The notes below the pieces were generated by a model, which saw nothing but the letters and a program-made list of their open reading frames with translations, was not told the origin of the DNA and did no database searches. A stretch of 45,326 nucleotides of DNA from Chiloscyllium plagiosum (Eukaryota), in assembly GCF_004010195.1 (NCBI RefSeq), contig NW_025215381.1, forward strand, positions 1,652,873 through 1,698,198, written 5' to 3'. Positions 12,840-24,272 of this stretch are shown in pieces; positions within the stretch are counted from its first letter, which is position 1; every line of letters begins with the position of its first letter. The translations under genes and the position numbers were made by a program.

Positions 12840-14180
12840 TAATGCAGAGGCCAGGCCTCGAGGCAGGAGACAGCGGGCGGAGGATCCCACCCCTGAAGCC
12901 GAAGCGGAGCCCCAACACCCAGCTCTCCGTGTCCTTCGACGAAGCCTCTGCTGGCAGGGCCTCCCTCCCTGTGACATCTGGGCCCAGGTACACTCCACCC
13001 GCTGAGCCTCCCTGCGGCTCGGAGGAAGAGGTGGCAGGCGAGGAGGAGGAGCCAGTCTACATTGAGATGGTCGGAGATGTTTTCAAAGAGCAGAGTGCAG
13101 CTGATGAAGATTCAGACCACAGTGAGGCCATCTACGAGGAAATGAAGTACCCTCTACCCGAAGATGCCACACGGGAAGCAAAGTGGAGCAAGTTTGTCTT
13201 CCCGAAATCCAGTACAAGCAGAGGTTTGAGCCAAGCGGGTCCCAAGGCTCCTTACCAGGCTGACTCCAGAGGCTCACCCCATGACATTCCTCCCCCTTTT
13301 CCAAACCTTCTCCTGCATCGTCCGCCTCTCTTGGCCTTCCCTCAGTCCGCCTCCCAGAAGGCCTACAAGACTCCCCTTGCCCTCACTGTCGCCAGCCAGC
13401 CTGGCTCCAAGCTCCCTGTCCTGCAACATGGCGACTCAGCCCCCACCCCAGGAGATGCCCAGTCTGCTGGGCAGCCGATTCCCAGAGTGCAGAAGGAGGA
13501 TGGGCTGCATCAGGGTGTCATGGTGCCCTCAGGGAGGGCGAGAAGCCACTCAACGCCCCTTCCCCCACAGACATCTGGTCAGCACCGTCCTGAGAAGGAA
13601 CTGCCCACATCCCATACCATGAAGGCTTTGGCCCAGTCAGCATTAGCAGGCCGTCAGACCCATGTTTATCAGAAGGCTGAGAGGGACAAGCCCCCATCAC
13701 TCAGTGTCATCTGCTCCTCTGTGAAAGTCACCACCCACTCACTGGTCACCCAGGCCTCTGGTGACCAGAAGGTGGACAAAGAACTCTCAAGTGTACAAAG
13801 TGTGTTCTGCTCCATTAGTAAAGCCAGCACCCCTTCCCGGCCTCTGTCCAGCCTCTACAAGATGCCAGTGGCGCATGGGCTACTGGAGCACCCTAGCCTG
13901 CCTGGCCCAGGCTCCCTAGTGTGGCCTTACCTCCCACTGGCTTGCAAACGCCCTCCGGCCTATGACAGTCTCAAACCTGGCTCAGCCCAGAGGGTCTGCC
14001 CCGCTGTCTACCATGCAACGGTGAAGACCCAAGGACAAGACAGAGCACCAGCCTTCACCAACATCTGTTGTCCACGTTCAGTCACCAACCCAGAGGCACG
14101 GAGCCCCCCTGGGGAGGCTAGTTCCGGGCACGGTTGGCAGCGAAATCTGCCTTGCAGCAGGAAGGCACAGGACCCAGAAG
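12840..14180 (+). CDS. NYAP1: NYAP1 coding exon 3 (large exon with both YxxM motifs)
   Basis: Acceptor ttctctcttctccttccAG ends at 12839; donor GTAAGC at 14181. Encodes KPKRSPNTQLSVSFDE, YIEM (13058-13069), YEEM (13133-13144), DIPPPFPNLLLHRPPLLAFP and KRPPAYDSLK. Confidence 0.95.
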
Positions 14181-14249
14181 GTAAGCTGACCTGGGAAAGG
14201 TGTGCAGACAGATCTCTGGGGGTTGAGTGGCATGCTCCAAAGGTTGATT

Positions 14250-15075
14250 GGATTGATTTGATTAGATATATTAATGTCACGAGTGCTGAGGGTACAGTGA
14301 AAAGTGTTTATGTGCTTTACAGGCAGATTGTTCTATGCAAGTGCATCAGGGTAACAGAACACAGTATAGGATACGATGTTGCCAAGGAGATGCAGAACGG
14401 AATTAACATTAAAGAGGTCCGTTCAAAAGTCTGCTAACCGCAGGGAAGAAGCTATTCTTGAATCTGTTTGTACGTTTGTTCTGTTAGATGGAAGCAGGTG
14501 GAAGATAGTATAACTGGGTTAGGAGGGGTCTTTGATTGTGTTGGTCGCTTTCCTGATGCAACTGGATGTAAAGATTAAGTCATTGGACAGGAGGAGTGAT
14601 GCACTGGTCTGTGTAGGCGGAGGCCTACATCCCAGACTTGGGAGATGAGTTTATTTGGAACTATGGTGTTGATTGCAGAGATTTGGTAAATAATTAGGTA
14701 TCCATGTCCAGATATTGCAGAGATGGGTAAAGGGTCAGGGAGGTGGGGGTCTGTCGAGGACCTGTCACGTGGCAGGCAAATTGCAAGGGGTCAAGGTAGT
14801 CTGGGAGGCTGGAGTTGATGTGAGCTGTGACCAATCTTCATAATTATGGATGTCAGAGCCACTGGACGATGCTGCATGTTTTTTCTTTTGCACTACTGGA
14901 TTGTGGTCGTCTTGAAGCAGGTGGGGACTTTAGATCGTAGTACGGGAGGGTTGCAGATGTCTGAGAGTGCTTTTTCCAGCCCGTCTGCACAGGATTTGAA
15001 TGCGTGACTGGGGCCTCCATCCAGGCCAGTTATTTTTAATAATTCACCCTTAAGAAGGCCAATCTAACATCTGCA
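14250..15075 (-). mobile_element. Decayed Rex1/Babar-type LINE with 3' tail
   Basis: ctgggaggctggagttgatgtgagctgtgacc near 14800-14830 matches 1700-1735; tail-like ttgatttgatt and gggaagaagctattcttgaatctg. Confidence 0.65.
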
Positions 15076-15374
15076 CTGGTGACTGAGGGTGTAGTGTTGC
15101 ATCCAAGCCTGATGGGACAAGTGATATAGTTTTACTGCCCTTCTGTTTAAAGTGGCCATTGAATGCATTAAGGTAATGTACAATGGAGGATTTTGAGTCT
15201 GAATTCTTTCCCACTATGTCAATCAACTATGATTCCAATGATCTGGGACATTCTGGAATACTTTTCCTTTACACTGCTGAAGAGAGAGACATGTTGTCAA
15301 AGTTTTCTATCTTGCACTTATCAGGGCGAACACAAGAATGCCAAATTTCAAACAATCACAGCTGTTTATACTGA

Positions 15375-16400
15375 AATAAAAAAACTGCAAAGGCTGGAAA
15401 TCTGAAACAAAAAACAACTTGTTCAAGAAACTCAACAGGTTTGGAAGCATCTGTGAAGGAAAAGCTAATGTTTTGAGTACAGAAATATTTCTTTAGAATT
15501 TAGTTGACTGGAGAAAAAGGGGGTTATTTGGCAACTTGATTTATTGGTTGAAGCATTGCCATGAAGAAACTGTTCCCAAAATTCATAGTTAATTCTAAAG
15601 AGGCATAGGGCTCTCATCTATTCTTTCCATTATAGAGAATGGGGCCTGGCATCTGAGTGTGCATCACCCCTAGTGAGTGTAAATGTGTGGCTGAGAGAGC
15701 TCAACTGTTTCTCTTAAATTGGTGGTTAATGCTGTTGCAAGCGTGCTTGGGATTGTTCAGCAAATGCTGTCCAAATGTAGAATTTTGTTTTGGGATTTGC
15801 CACCCTGGGCTGGTTGAGTAGAGTCTGGACTCTGACAGACTGTGAAGTGTGTGCAGCAAGTCAGCATCACTCAAAACAATGAGCAACAGAAAAGAGGAAT
15901 CTGCGCTTTTAAAGCGGTACAAGTGTGTGGAGAGAATAGCTTCATAAGGAGTGGATGAGAGGAGTTTTGTAAGGAGCAGGAAATAGAGCAGAATTAACTG
16001 TTTCATAAAGAGAAGAGTAGACCTGTGGGAAGGGCAGTAACAGTGAGCCATAGAACGATGGCAAAGAGTGGTCTTTCAACTTGTTCCTTCTGATGGGAAC
16101 TAATATGACATGACAAAAAACGCCCGATTGGTGGATATTTCATCCACTTCTTTTGTTGAGCCAATTGGCTTAAATCAGGAGACATTATTACAGTTAGACA
16201 TTATACTTGCCAATTTAATACCCAAATTAATTCATTGCCTATCCAGTCAGCTCTATTCCATTTAATGTGTTGCAGCTGTAGTATGTGGGAGCTGCTGGGC
16301 AACAGTATGATATGTGGGTCAGATTTGATCAGCTAGTCACTGGGTTATCTGGCTAATATACTTGGCATTGCGCAGTTTGTCTTGGTTATGAAACAGTCCC
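15375..16400 (-). mobile_element. Decayed Penelope-like element (terminal repeat plus GIY-YIG/RT remnants)
   Basis: Minus ORF has STFGQHLLNNP (SAIGQHLL.N homologue). ggctggaaatctgaaac...caacaggtttggaagcatctgtg resembles PLE terminal repeats. Confidence 0.55.
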
Positions 16401-18125
16401 TGGATAGAGGATTGGCTGACTGGCAGAAGGGAGAGAGTGTGTATAATCTGTTTTGTTTTCAAAATAGCAGCCAGTGACTAGTGGAGTTCTGCAGACATCA
16501 GTGTTAGAACAACAATATTCATGTTCTACATTAGCAATCTTTTATGAAGGGACTGAAGGCATTTCGCAAAGTTTGCAGAAGACTTAGATAAGTGGAGGGA
16601 CAAAGAAGTGGTAGATGGAATGCAGTGTGGCAAGTCTGAGATTATACGTTTTGATAGGGAGAGTAGAGGTGAGGGTTGTTTTCTAAACAGTGAAAGCCTT
16701 TGGAAATTTGAAGCACAAAGGGGCTTGAGAATCCTGAACAAGGACTCCCTGAAGGTTAACATGTAGGTTCAATTGGTAGTTACAAAGACAAATGCAAAGT
16801 TGGCATTCATTTCAAGAAGGCTACGATACAAGAGCTGATATGTAGCCCCAGCAATACAATGCTCTGGTCAGACAGCATTTGAAATATTGGGAGCAGTTTT
16901 GGTCCCCATATCTAAGGAATGATGCGCTGGCCTTGGAGGGTGTCCAGAGGAGGTTTACAGGAATGATGTCAGGAATAAAGGGCATGTCATATGAGGAGCA
17001 ATTGAGGACACTGGGTTTGCACTCTATAGATTAGATTCACTACAGTGTGGAAACAGGCCCTTCGGCCCAAGTCCACACCGACCCTCCGAAGAGTAACCCA
17101 CCCGACTCACTCCCCTATATTTATCCCTGACTATTCCACCTAACACTATGGTCAATTCACCTAACCTGCACATCTTTGCACTGAGGAAGGAAACCGGAGC
17201 ACCCGGAGGAAACCCACACAAACACGGGGAAAATGTGCAAACTCCACACAGTCAGTTGCCTGAGGCTGGAACTGAACCTGGGTCCCTGGTGCTGTGAGGC
17301 AGCAGTGCTAACCACTGAGCCACCGTGCCGCCCTGGTAATAAAGGTGTGGGTTTTATTACAGTCTGTGGTTTTCCAATTACCTGTCATGTATGACATGTC
17401 TGGCAAAATTCACCTACGTCCTTGTGCAAACCAGGCCAATACAAATGGCTTTGTATTCTAGCCTGTGTTTTCCTCACTCCTAAATGACCCCCAAATGGTA
17501 GCTCATGCACCACTCACAACACCTCCTTTCTATACCCTACTGGCAATAAGATTTGATGAACTTCTGCCCATTTCTCATCTGCCTGAATATGTGATGCTCT
17601 CCATTTCCTCATTAAGGCGTCATTTTTAAGATAGTAACATTCAGGGATACATTCAGATTCTTTTTCTGTGCGTGCCTTTTGATATAATTGTTTTAACTTT
17701 TCATCCTTCTGCTGTAACTCAGTTAATTTACTGGGTATTTTGAGTAGTTAGTCAGAACGGCATGGAGCACCAATGAAAATATGGAATTTAGGATGAGTGG
17801 TGAAATGATTGAAAGTTACGGAATACTGAGAGAAGATCTTTGCAATAGTAAGAGAGACTAGAATTTGGGGCATGGCCTCAGGGTGCAGGGGTGACCTTTC
17901 GAACTGAGGTGAGGCATTCCTACATCAAAAGATGGCTAATCTGTGGAACTCTTTGCTGCAGAAGGCCATGGAGGCCAAGTCATTGATTGTTCTTAAAATT
18001 GACTTTCTGATCAGCAAGAAGATCAAAGGTTACGGTGAGAATGCAAGCAAATGAGGTTGAGAAACATGTCAACCCTTATCAAATGGCGAAGTAGACTGGA
18101 TGGTCTCAATTCTGCTTCTATGTTA
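16395..18125 (+). mobile_element. Decayed CR1 LINE RT/3' region, split by a SINE and an unrelated block (about 17027-17770)
   Basis: ccagtgactagtggagttctgcag, aagtttgcagaagac, gcagttttggtccccatatctaagg, ctgtggaactctttgctgcagaagg. Confidence 0.8.
17027..17333 (-). mobile_element. Full-length HE1-type SINE (minus)
   Basis: Reverse complement of the 9670 family, from tagattagattc to ctaaccactgagccaccgtgccgccc. Confidence 0.93.
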
Positions 18126-18127
18126 TG

Positions 18128-18641
18128 CAGCATCCGTGGAGCAGGAAAATCGATGTTTCAGGCAAAAGCCCTTCATCAGGACTAGAGGCAGGGTGCCTGC
18201 AGAATGGAGAGATAAATGAGAGGGGGGTGGGGAGAAAGTAGCATCAAGTAGATGACCTGGGAGTTGCAGTGAGAGAGAGACTCACTCAGATTCTTGTAGA
18301 GAGGAGGAAAATGTCTTCAAGGCAGGCATCCTTGCAAGAGGATTCGCAGTCGGGTTAAAATCAAATGCTTATCTTGAAGACGTTTTCCTCCTCTCTACAA
18401 GAATCTGAGTCGCTCTCTAGCTGCAACCCCCAGGTCATTTACTCTATGCTACTTTCTCCCCACCCCCATCCCCCTCTCATTTATCTCTCTACTCTGCAGG
18501 CACCCTATCTCCCTTCCTGATGAAGGGCTTTTGCCCGAAACGTCGATTTTCCTGCTCCTCGCATGCTGCCTGATCTGTGCTTTTCCAGCACCACACTAAT
18601 CTAGACTCTGGTTTCCAGCATCTGCAGTCCCTGTTTTTACC
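18128..18641 (+). mobile_element. PLE-derived fold-back element (family A) with ~190-bp inverted arms
   Basis: About 18128-18320 is the imperfect reverse complement of about 18373-18569. Hammerhead motif in each arm; sequence shared with 18955-19210. Imperfect duplication cttct(gt)atgttatg on both sides. Confidence 0.88.
18512..18552 (+). ncRNA. Minimal type I hammerhead ribozyme motif, intact core
   Basis: CTGATGA at 18517-18523, stem II GGGC-TTTT-GCCC, GAAA at 18537-18540, palindromic ACGT stem III, GTC triplet with predicted cut after 18544. Confidence 0.8.
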
Positions 18642-18692
18642 TTCTGTATGTTATGGTCTTATCTTTTTTGCCTTGTCTCTCAAATTGAGATC

Positions 18693-18950
18693 CTAGAATT
18701 CCAACAGTGTGGAAACAGGCCATTCAGCAGCATCCCATCCCCCTACCCTATCCCTGTAACTATGCATTAACCAAGGCTAATCCTATGTAACCTGTGCATC
18801 TCTGCACATCATGGGCAATTTAGCATGGCCAATCCACCTAACCTGCACATCTTTGGACTGGAGGAAACTGGAAACAATGTGCAAGATCCACCCACCCAAA
18901 CCTTAGTCCCTGGTGCTGAGAGGCAGCAGTGCTAACCCCCAAGCCACCAG
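18693..18950 (-). mobile_element. Decayed HE1-type SINE (minus)
   Basis: acagtgtggaaacaggcc...ggcaatttagcatggccaatccacctaacctgcacatctttggactg...ggcagcagtgctaacc. Confidence 0.85.
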
Positions 18951-18954
18951 GCTA

Positions 18955-20970
18955 CCTGAAGAAGGGCTTATGCCCGAAACATCGATTCTCCTGCTCCTTG
19001 GATGCTGCCTGACCTGCTGCGCTTTTCCGACAACACATTTTTCAGCTCTGATCTCCAGCATCTGCAGTCCTCACTTGCTCCTAGTTGATTTTAACCTACT
19101 GTGAATCCTCTTGCCAGAATGTCTTCCTTGAAGAAGCTCTCTTCCTCCCTCTACAAGGATTTCAGTGAGTCCCTTTTCTCACTGCACCCCAAGGTCATCT
19201 CCTCTGCCCAGAAGCTCTTCAGTCACGTTATCAAACAGACTCGCTACCGCAGCCACATCTCCTTCCTCAGCACCTGCCTACGGAACCGACTGATCCCGCA
19301 CGGACTCCGGACTATGTTCCGACCAATAAAATTTGGACCCAACCAGGACAACCAGTACCTACAACAAATCCGTAGCCTCCAGCAACAGACCTCCCTCCGG
19401 ATCCTCCGCTCCACGCTTGCAGCCATGTGCCGCTACCTACATTCCCTGCAGTCAGCACTACCCCAGCTCTCTCAGACTTGTAAAGGACCTCTACTACTCT
19501 TCATCCTCAGAAGAATCCATACACCAAACAAACAGTTCTTCCTAGCCATATCGGAAATTAAAGACAGTACGTACCAAAACCTTTCATGTACTTACCCCCA
19601 CACTCTGGATTCCTCGACCGTTCCAGTATCTTCCATTGGCCTCCAGAACCGCTCGGGCGCCATGACCCACGCGGCCGCTGCAGCAACTGCCGCCGCGAAT
19701 CGTGACGTCACTTCCGCCCCCACCGACCATGCAGCCTCCACAATCGCCGCCCAGACAACCACCTCCACGATCGCCAGGAAGGCCATTGCTGAGAGATTCG
19801 CAGCCTCCGCGGGGTCCACAGCCACCAGGAACAACACCGTTTCTGCCGTCGCCACATCTACCTCCGCCCCTAATGATGTCACTCACCTGCACAACAACCA
19901 CGCCGCATGCGTCCCCACCCCCGCACCGAGCACCAGCCCCACACCAGGTCCTAGCTCCCAGCCCGGCCATATTTTCACCATCCCTCCAGACCTCCCCCTC
20001 TCTGAGGATGAAAGATCAGTCCTCAGCAGAGGCCTCACCTTCATCCCCCTACGCTCCCGAATTAACGAGTTCAACACGCGGCAAGACATCGAACAATTCT
20101 TCCGCTGCCTTCGCCTCCGCGCCTACTACTTCAACCAGGATTCTCGCCCAACCTCTGACGACCTCTTCTCCCGCCTCCAACACACCCCATCCACCTGGAC
20201 ACCCCGTGCTGGCCTCTTACCCGCCCTCGATCTCTTCATAGCCAACTGCCGCCACGACATTAACTGTCTCAACCTGTCTACCCCTCTCACCCATTCCAAC
20301 CTCTCACCCTCTGAACGTGCAGCCCTCCACTACCTCCGTTCCAACCCCAACTTCACTATCAAACCGGCAGACAAGGGAGGCGCGGTGGTAGTTTGGAGCA
20401 CCGACCTTTAACCGCTGAGGCTAAACGCCAGCTCGCGGACACCAACTCCTACTGCCCCCTTGACCCCACCTCCCACCACCAAACCATCATCTCCCAGACC
20501 ATCCATAACTTCACTTCCTCAGGGGATCTCCCATCCACTGCCTCCAACCTCATAGTCCCACAACCCCACACCGCCCAAAATCCACAAACCTGACTGCCTC
20601 GGCTGACCCATTGTCTCAGCCTGCTCCTGCCCCACCGAACTCGTCTCTGCATACCTCAGCCTGCTCCTGTCCCCCTTAATCCGCACATATGTTCAGGACA
20701 CCACCCATGCCCTCCACCTCCTCCATGATTTTCGTTTCCCTGGCCCCAACGCCTTATCTTCACCATAGGCATCCAATCCCTAATCACCTCCATCCCCCAT
20801 CACGAAGGCCTCACCCTCCTTCGACTGACTGAACTGGTCCTCACTCTGAACAACTTCTCTTTCCAATCCTCCCACCGATTCCTGAAGAAGAGGTTATGCC
20901 TGAAACGTCGATTCTCCTGCTCCTTGGATGCTGTCTGACCTGCTGCGCTTTTCCAGCAACGCATTTTTCT
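18955..20970 (+). mobile_element. Internally deleted Penelope-like retroelement with ~90-bp direct terminal repeats, each starting with a hammerhead motif
   Basis: 18955-19041 is repeated at 20881-20968. ORF 19101-20411 has HISFLSTCLRNRLIPHGL, LSEDERSVLSRGLTFIP and IKPADKGGAVVVW. Frameshifted RT motifs follow (PIVSACSCPTEL; SLITSIP; ELVLTLNNFSF); the rest of RT and GIY-YIG are missing. Confidence 0.92.
19101..20876 (+). pseudogene. PLE polyprotein remnant: 436-codon open N-terminal part, then frameshifted, truncated RT
   Basis: ORF track 19101-20411 plus downstream RT motifs in other frames with a stop. Confidence 0.88.
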
Positions 20971-21927
20971 ACCCAAATTGTTGCCATAATTTGGCGTTAT
21001 TGCGTTTGTTCTGATGTGCAGACAGAATACTATCTAAGTAGAATTCAAGTCTAAGTTGACACACAACTGTATGTCCACCCCTCCTTATCTTAGCCCTCTG
21101 GGGACAGGTTGAGTCAGTGTCTTCTGATTTGATTCTAAGGGATAACTAGGAATCAGTCATTGACTGATCGAGTGGCCACAATTTGGCCGATGTCGTGATA
21201 TGACTTCGTTAGTTGCTGGGAGGAGGTCATGGGTTGACAATCACAATAGGGCCCTATAATCTGCGGGTAAAGGGATCATTTGGACAGGGTCCTCCTTTCG
21301 GTGGTTATTCTTCAGGTTTTTCTGTCTATCTGCACGCATATTCCTCCATGTATTAGTGTGATCAGGTAAAAGACTGGGGTAGCATCAGATTGTTGAGCAA
21401 TCTCTCAGCCCCACCCCTATGGCTATGCTTCAATTGGATACTGACTTTGAGCTCCCTAGACAAAACCACAATATTGATTGACTGACTGGTTTTCAGTTAA
21501 ATTCAACATTGCAAAACTTGTTCCTGTCTTGCAAATGGCATATCCCAGTCTAACCCTTCCCAGAGTATTGGCAGGCAGCCAGACTGATCTTGGGATATAG
21601 GTGTTACTCTGGCATTACAGTATTGGAGCCAGAGCTATTTACCAGGAAATCTCCTGTGGGATGGTGCTTTCTTCAAAGGCTCACCCCAGAGTGGGTTTGA
21701 GATCTTCCCTCCCAAGCCCCTCCCTCTGCCAGTACGTAGCCAATCTTCCCACAGCCAGAGTGAGTCTCTATTAGCCCAGCTAGAATGTGACAGCATGCAA
21801 AGAGACCAATTAGCCCCACTCTCCTTTTTCCCCATAATTATGTCAAAGGCATTTCATAACTGCAAGTTAGGTTTGTCGCACCTGTTGCTTGTTGAACGAG
21901 CTGACCGTGCCTCCATTTCGCCACTAG

Positions 21928-22089
21928 GAGGTGCCCCTGGCAGGAGTGGAACCAACGAATCCATGGACAAGGAGGAAATTGCTTCGGCAATACCACTGAA
22001 AACTCAGGGCGCAGAGGGCTGTACAATCAAGGGGCCCTCACGATCAGGGCTGCCCCAACCCTGCCCGATGACTTGCCAACGGAGTGTAG
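21928..22089 (+). CDS. NYAP1: NYAP1 coding exon 4
   Basis: Encodes IPLKTQGAEG and SRSGLPQPC, resembling human IPVRSQGAEG and SRTALPIPC as recalled. Acceptor cctccatttcgccactAG ends at 21927; an in-phase alternative AG ends at 21900. Donor GTAGGT at 22090, phase 1. Confidence 0.8.
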
Positions 22090-22861
22090 GTAGGTTGGCT
22101 GGCTCAACGTGATTGGCTAGTGCTTGGCCAACCTTTTATAAAGAATGGCCTGACTGACAATCACCATTTCCATCCATTCCCACCCATGCTTTGTTGGTCT
22201 TTATCCCTCCTGGAAGATACATTTAGTTATTAATCTGCCATACATATACCCAGACAGTCTCACTGTGTAACGTATGGGACATTATAGTCTACCCTCTGTG
22301 AAGGATGGGTAAAACTTGAATGCCCATTCTGTCTGTACAACCTCCCATCTTTTTTCAATCACTCCTATGTCTCCATTTGTTTCCCTATTATAAAGTTCTA
22401 TGGAAACATGTCACCCTGAAATTAGTCTCCAACCAGCACTGTAATGCCTAAAGTAACACTTAATTAAGATGATAGTAAATCAAAGTGCATTTTTTTAGAA
22501 AAGTGGCCATTCAGCACCTCCATTGCTGAATGGAATCATTGGTATTCTGCAGTATTTCTCCATGAGGTTATACCTTGTTCCATTTGCTGTCTCGTATGTG
22601 TCCTCCCCTCGCCTACTATGTGCATCCTTCCTGTTTTCCCCTTCCTCTTTTTTTCCTACTCACAAATGCTCTTGTCTACTACACTCCCCCCACCCCCATC
22701 AAGTGCTGTTCCCTCCTGCTCTCTAGATGTCTGAAACATGAGGGTATTCAAAATCTGACTGCTAAAGGTGGTGCAAAGATGAAGCAATTTGAAAACAAGT
22801 AATTCAACTTTGCTCTTGACTATTAAAATCCAGGGAAAAAAAAGTTACCAAAAATGGGAGC

Positions 22862-23057
22862 GTGAGGGAGAGGGAGAGATGGGGGAGACAGAGAGAGAGA
22901 GAGAGACTGAGACAGAGAGAGAGAGACAGAGATACTCAGACAATACAAGAATAGCGAGATGGTCACAAGTAGTCATCACACAAAACAGATTTCTCAGTCC
23001 ACAGCTGCCACTAGCCAAGTTTCTCCAGTACATTTTCTCCCCCCCCCCCCCCCCCCC
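22862..23057. repeat. (GA)n microsatellite (22862-22932) and poly-C run (23039-23057)
   Basis: Directly visible. Confidence 0.9.
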
Positions 23058-23221
23058 AAAAAACATCAAAACACATGCTCTCTTCCTTTCACTCTGGTCA
23101 TCTGTCCTTAATATCTCTTGTGGCCTATTGTCAAATTTTGCTTCGTAATGTCTCATTTACTCTCTCAGAGCTGCCAGGCAATGTAAGCTGTTAGATCATC
23201 ACAGTAGGACAGCTACTGTGT

Positions 23222-23526
23222 CAGCACGTTTTGAGAAGATTTGTAGCTCAGGTTGAGGTTCTGGATGTAGGTTTGTTCGCAGAGCTGGAAGGTTCACTTT
23301 CAGACATTTCAGACATTTTCAGGTTGAGGTTCTGGATGTAGGTTTGTTCGCAGAGCTGGAAGGTTCACTTTCAGACATTTCATCACCATACTAGGTAACC
23401 TCTTCAGTGAGCCTCTGGACGAGGCACTGCTGATGTTTCCTGCTTTCTACTTATATGTTTGGGTTTCCTTGGAATGGTGACAAAACATCTGAAACCTTCC
23501 AGCTCAGCGAGCAAGCCTACATCCAT
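23222..23526 (-). mobile_element. PLE-derived fold-back element (family B) with 9-bp TSD
   Basis: CTACTGTGT at 23213-23221 and 23527-23535. Minus-strand hammerhead motif CTGAAGA-G-GTTACC-TAGTAT-GGTGAT-GAAATGTC at 23374-23407. Inverted partial copy at about 23476-23525; same terminal repeat as about 28250-28372. Confidence 0.85.
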
Positions 23527-23745
23527 CTACTGTGTATTGTATGAACAATAAACTATGATCTTGTCAGTCATGGTCACATCTGAAAATATATCACAATGAT
23601 TTGATCAGGATATGGGCTCCATATTCCCTTTGGTCAGGTGGAGTTTGTCTAATTCATGCAAGTTACTGATGAAGTGTTGAGTTTTCCACGATGCTCCTTT
23701 TTCAAATCTCTGCTTGACCCTCTCTCCCTCTTTCTTCCTTTCTAG

Positions 23746-23855
23746 ACTCCGCACTCAGCCATCGCCTTGGTCGTTCAGCCTCCACCTCAGGTGTACGTTA
23801 CCCTCTTGCTCATCTGCAGCGACAGTGCAGTCAATCCCGAGACTCCCCAAGCCAG
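23746..23855 (+). CDS. NYAP1: NYAP1 coding exon 5 (DSALSHRLGRSASTSGVRYPLAHLQRQCSQSRDSPSQ)
   Basis: Not in the ORF track; translated by hand. Strong pyrimidine tract plus TAG ending 23745; donor GTAGGA at 23856, phase 0. Contains the NYAP family motif LGRSASTSGV. Confidence 0.93.
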
Positions 23856-24272
23856 GTAGGAATGATGATTGACTCCCCAGCAGTAACAGTGGGACTGACC
23901 AGCAAGAGAGAGAAGTAGAGACAAACGTGAAGTGAGCGAGACAGAGGGGTGGAGAGAGGGGAAAAAAATGCAGTGCATGAAAATTAGGTGAAACAGATGC
24001 ACATGAGAGAGAGCATGAAGCACATGTGAGACAGGGAGTGTGAACAAAAAAGAGGTAAGAAAGAAATTGAGATAGAGATTCAGAGATAAATTAAAGGGCG
24101 AACAATCAATCTAGCCTTTTGGGACAAGTAAGAGAAAGATAATAGTTATCAGAGGGAGAGATGATGACTCTGAAAGGTCGACGTACTGTTTCTGAAGAAT
24201 AGTCGCTGTGGTGAGGCAGAATGACAAACAGCACATGAAATGAATGAGAAGTTAGGGTTTCACCAGATGGTC

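Noticed and set aside
13101..13145. CTGATGA...GAAA in exon 3 as a hammerhead
   Set aside because: No convincing stem II; the sequence is explained by the Asp/Glu codons around the YEEM motif.
12755..14437. 560-aa ORF as a single-exon gene
   Set aside because: Only 12840-14180 is exon; both ends read into introns past clear splice sites.
19584..20241. Overlapping and antisense ORFs within the PLE
   Set aside because: Expected by chance in GC-rich low-complexity sequence.
24170..24210. CTGAAGA near GTCGAC as another hammerhead
   Set aside because: No stem II followed by GAAA in the required order.
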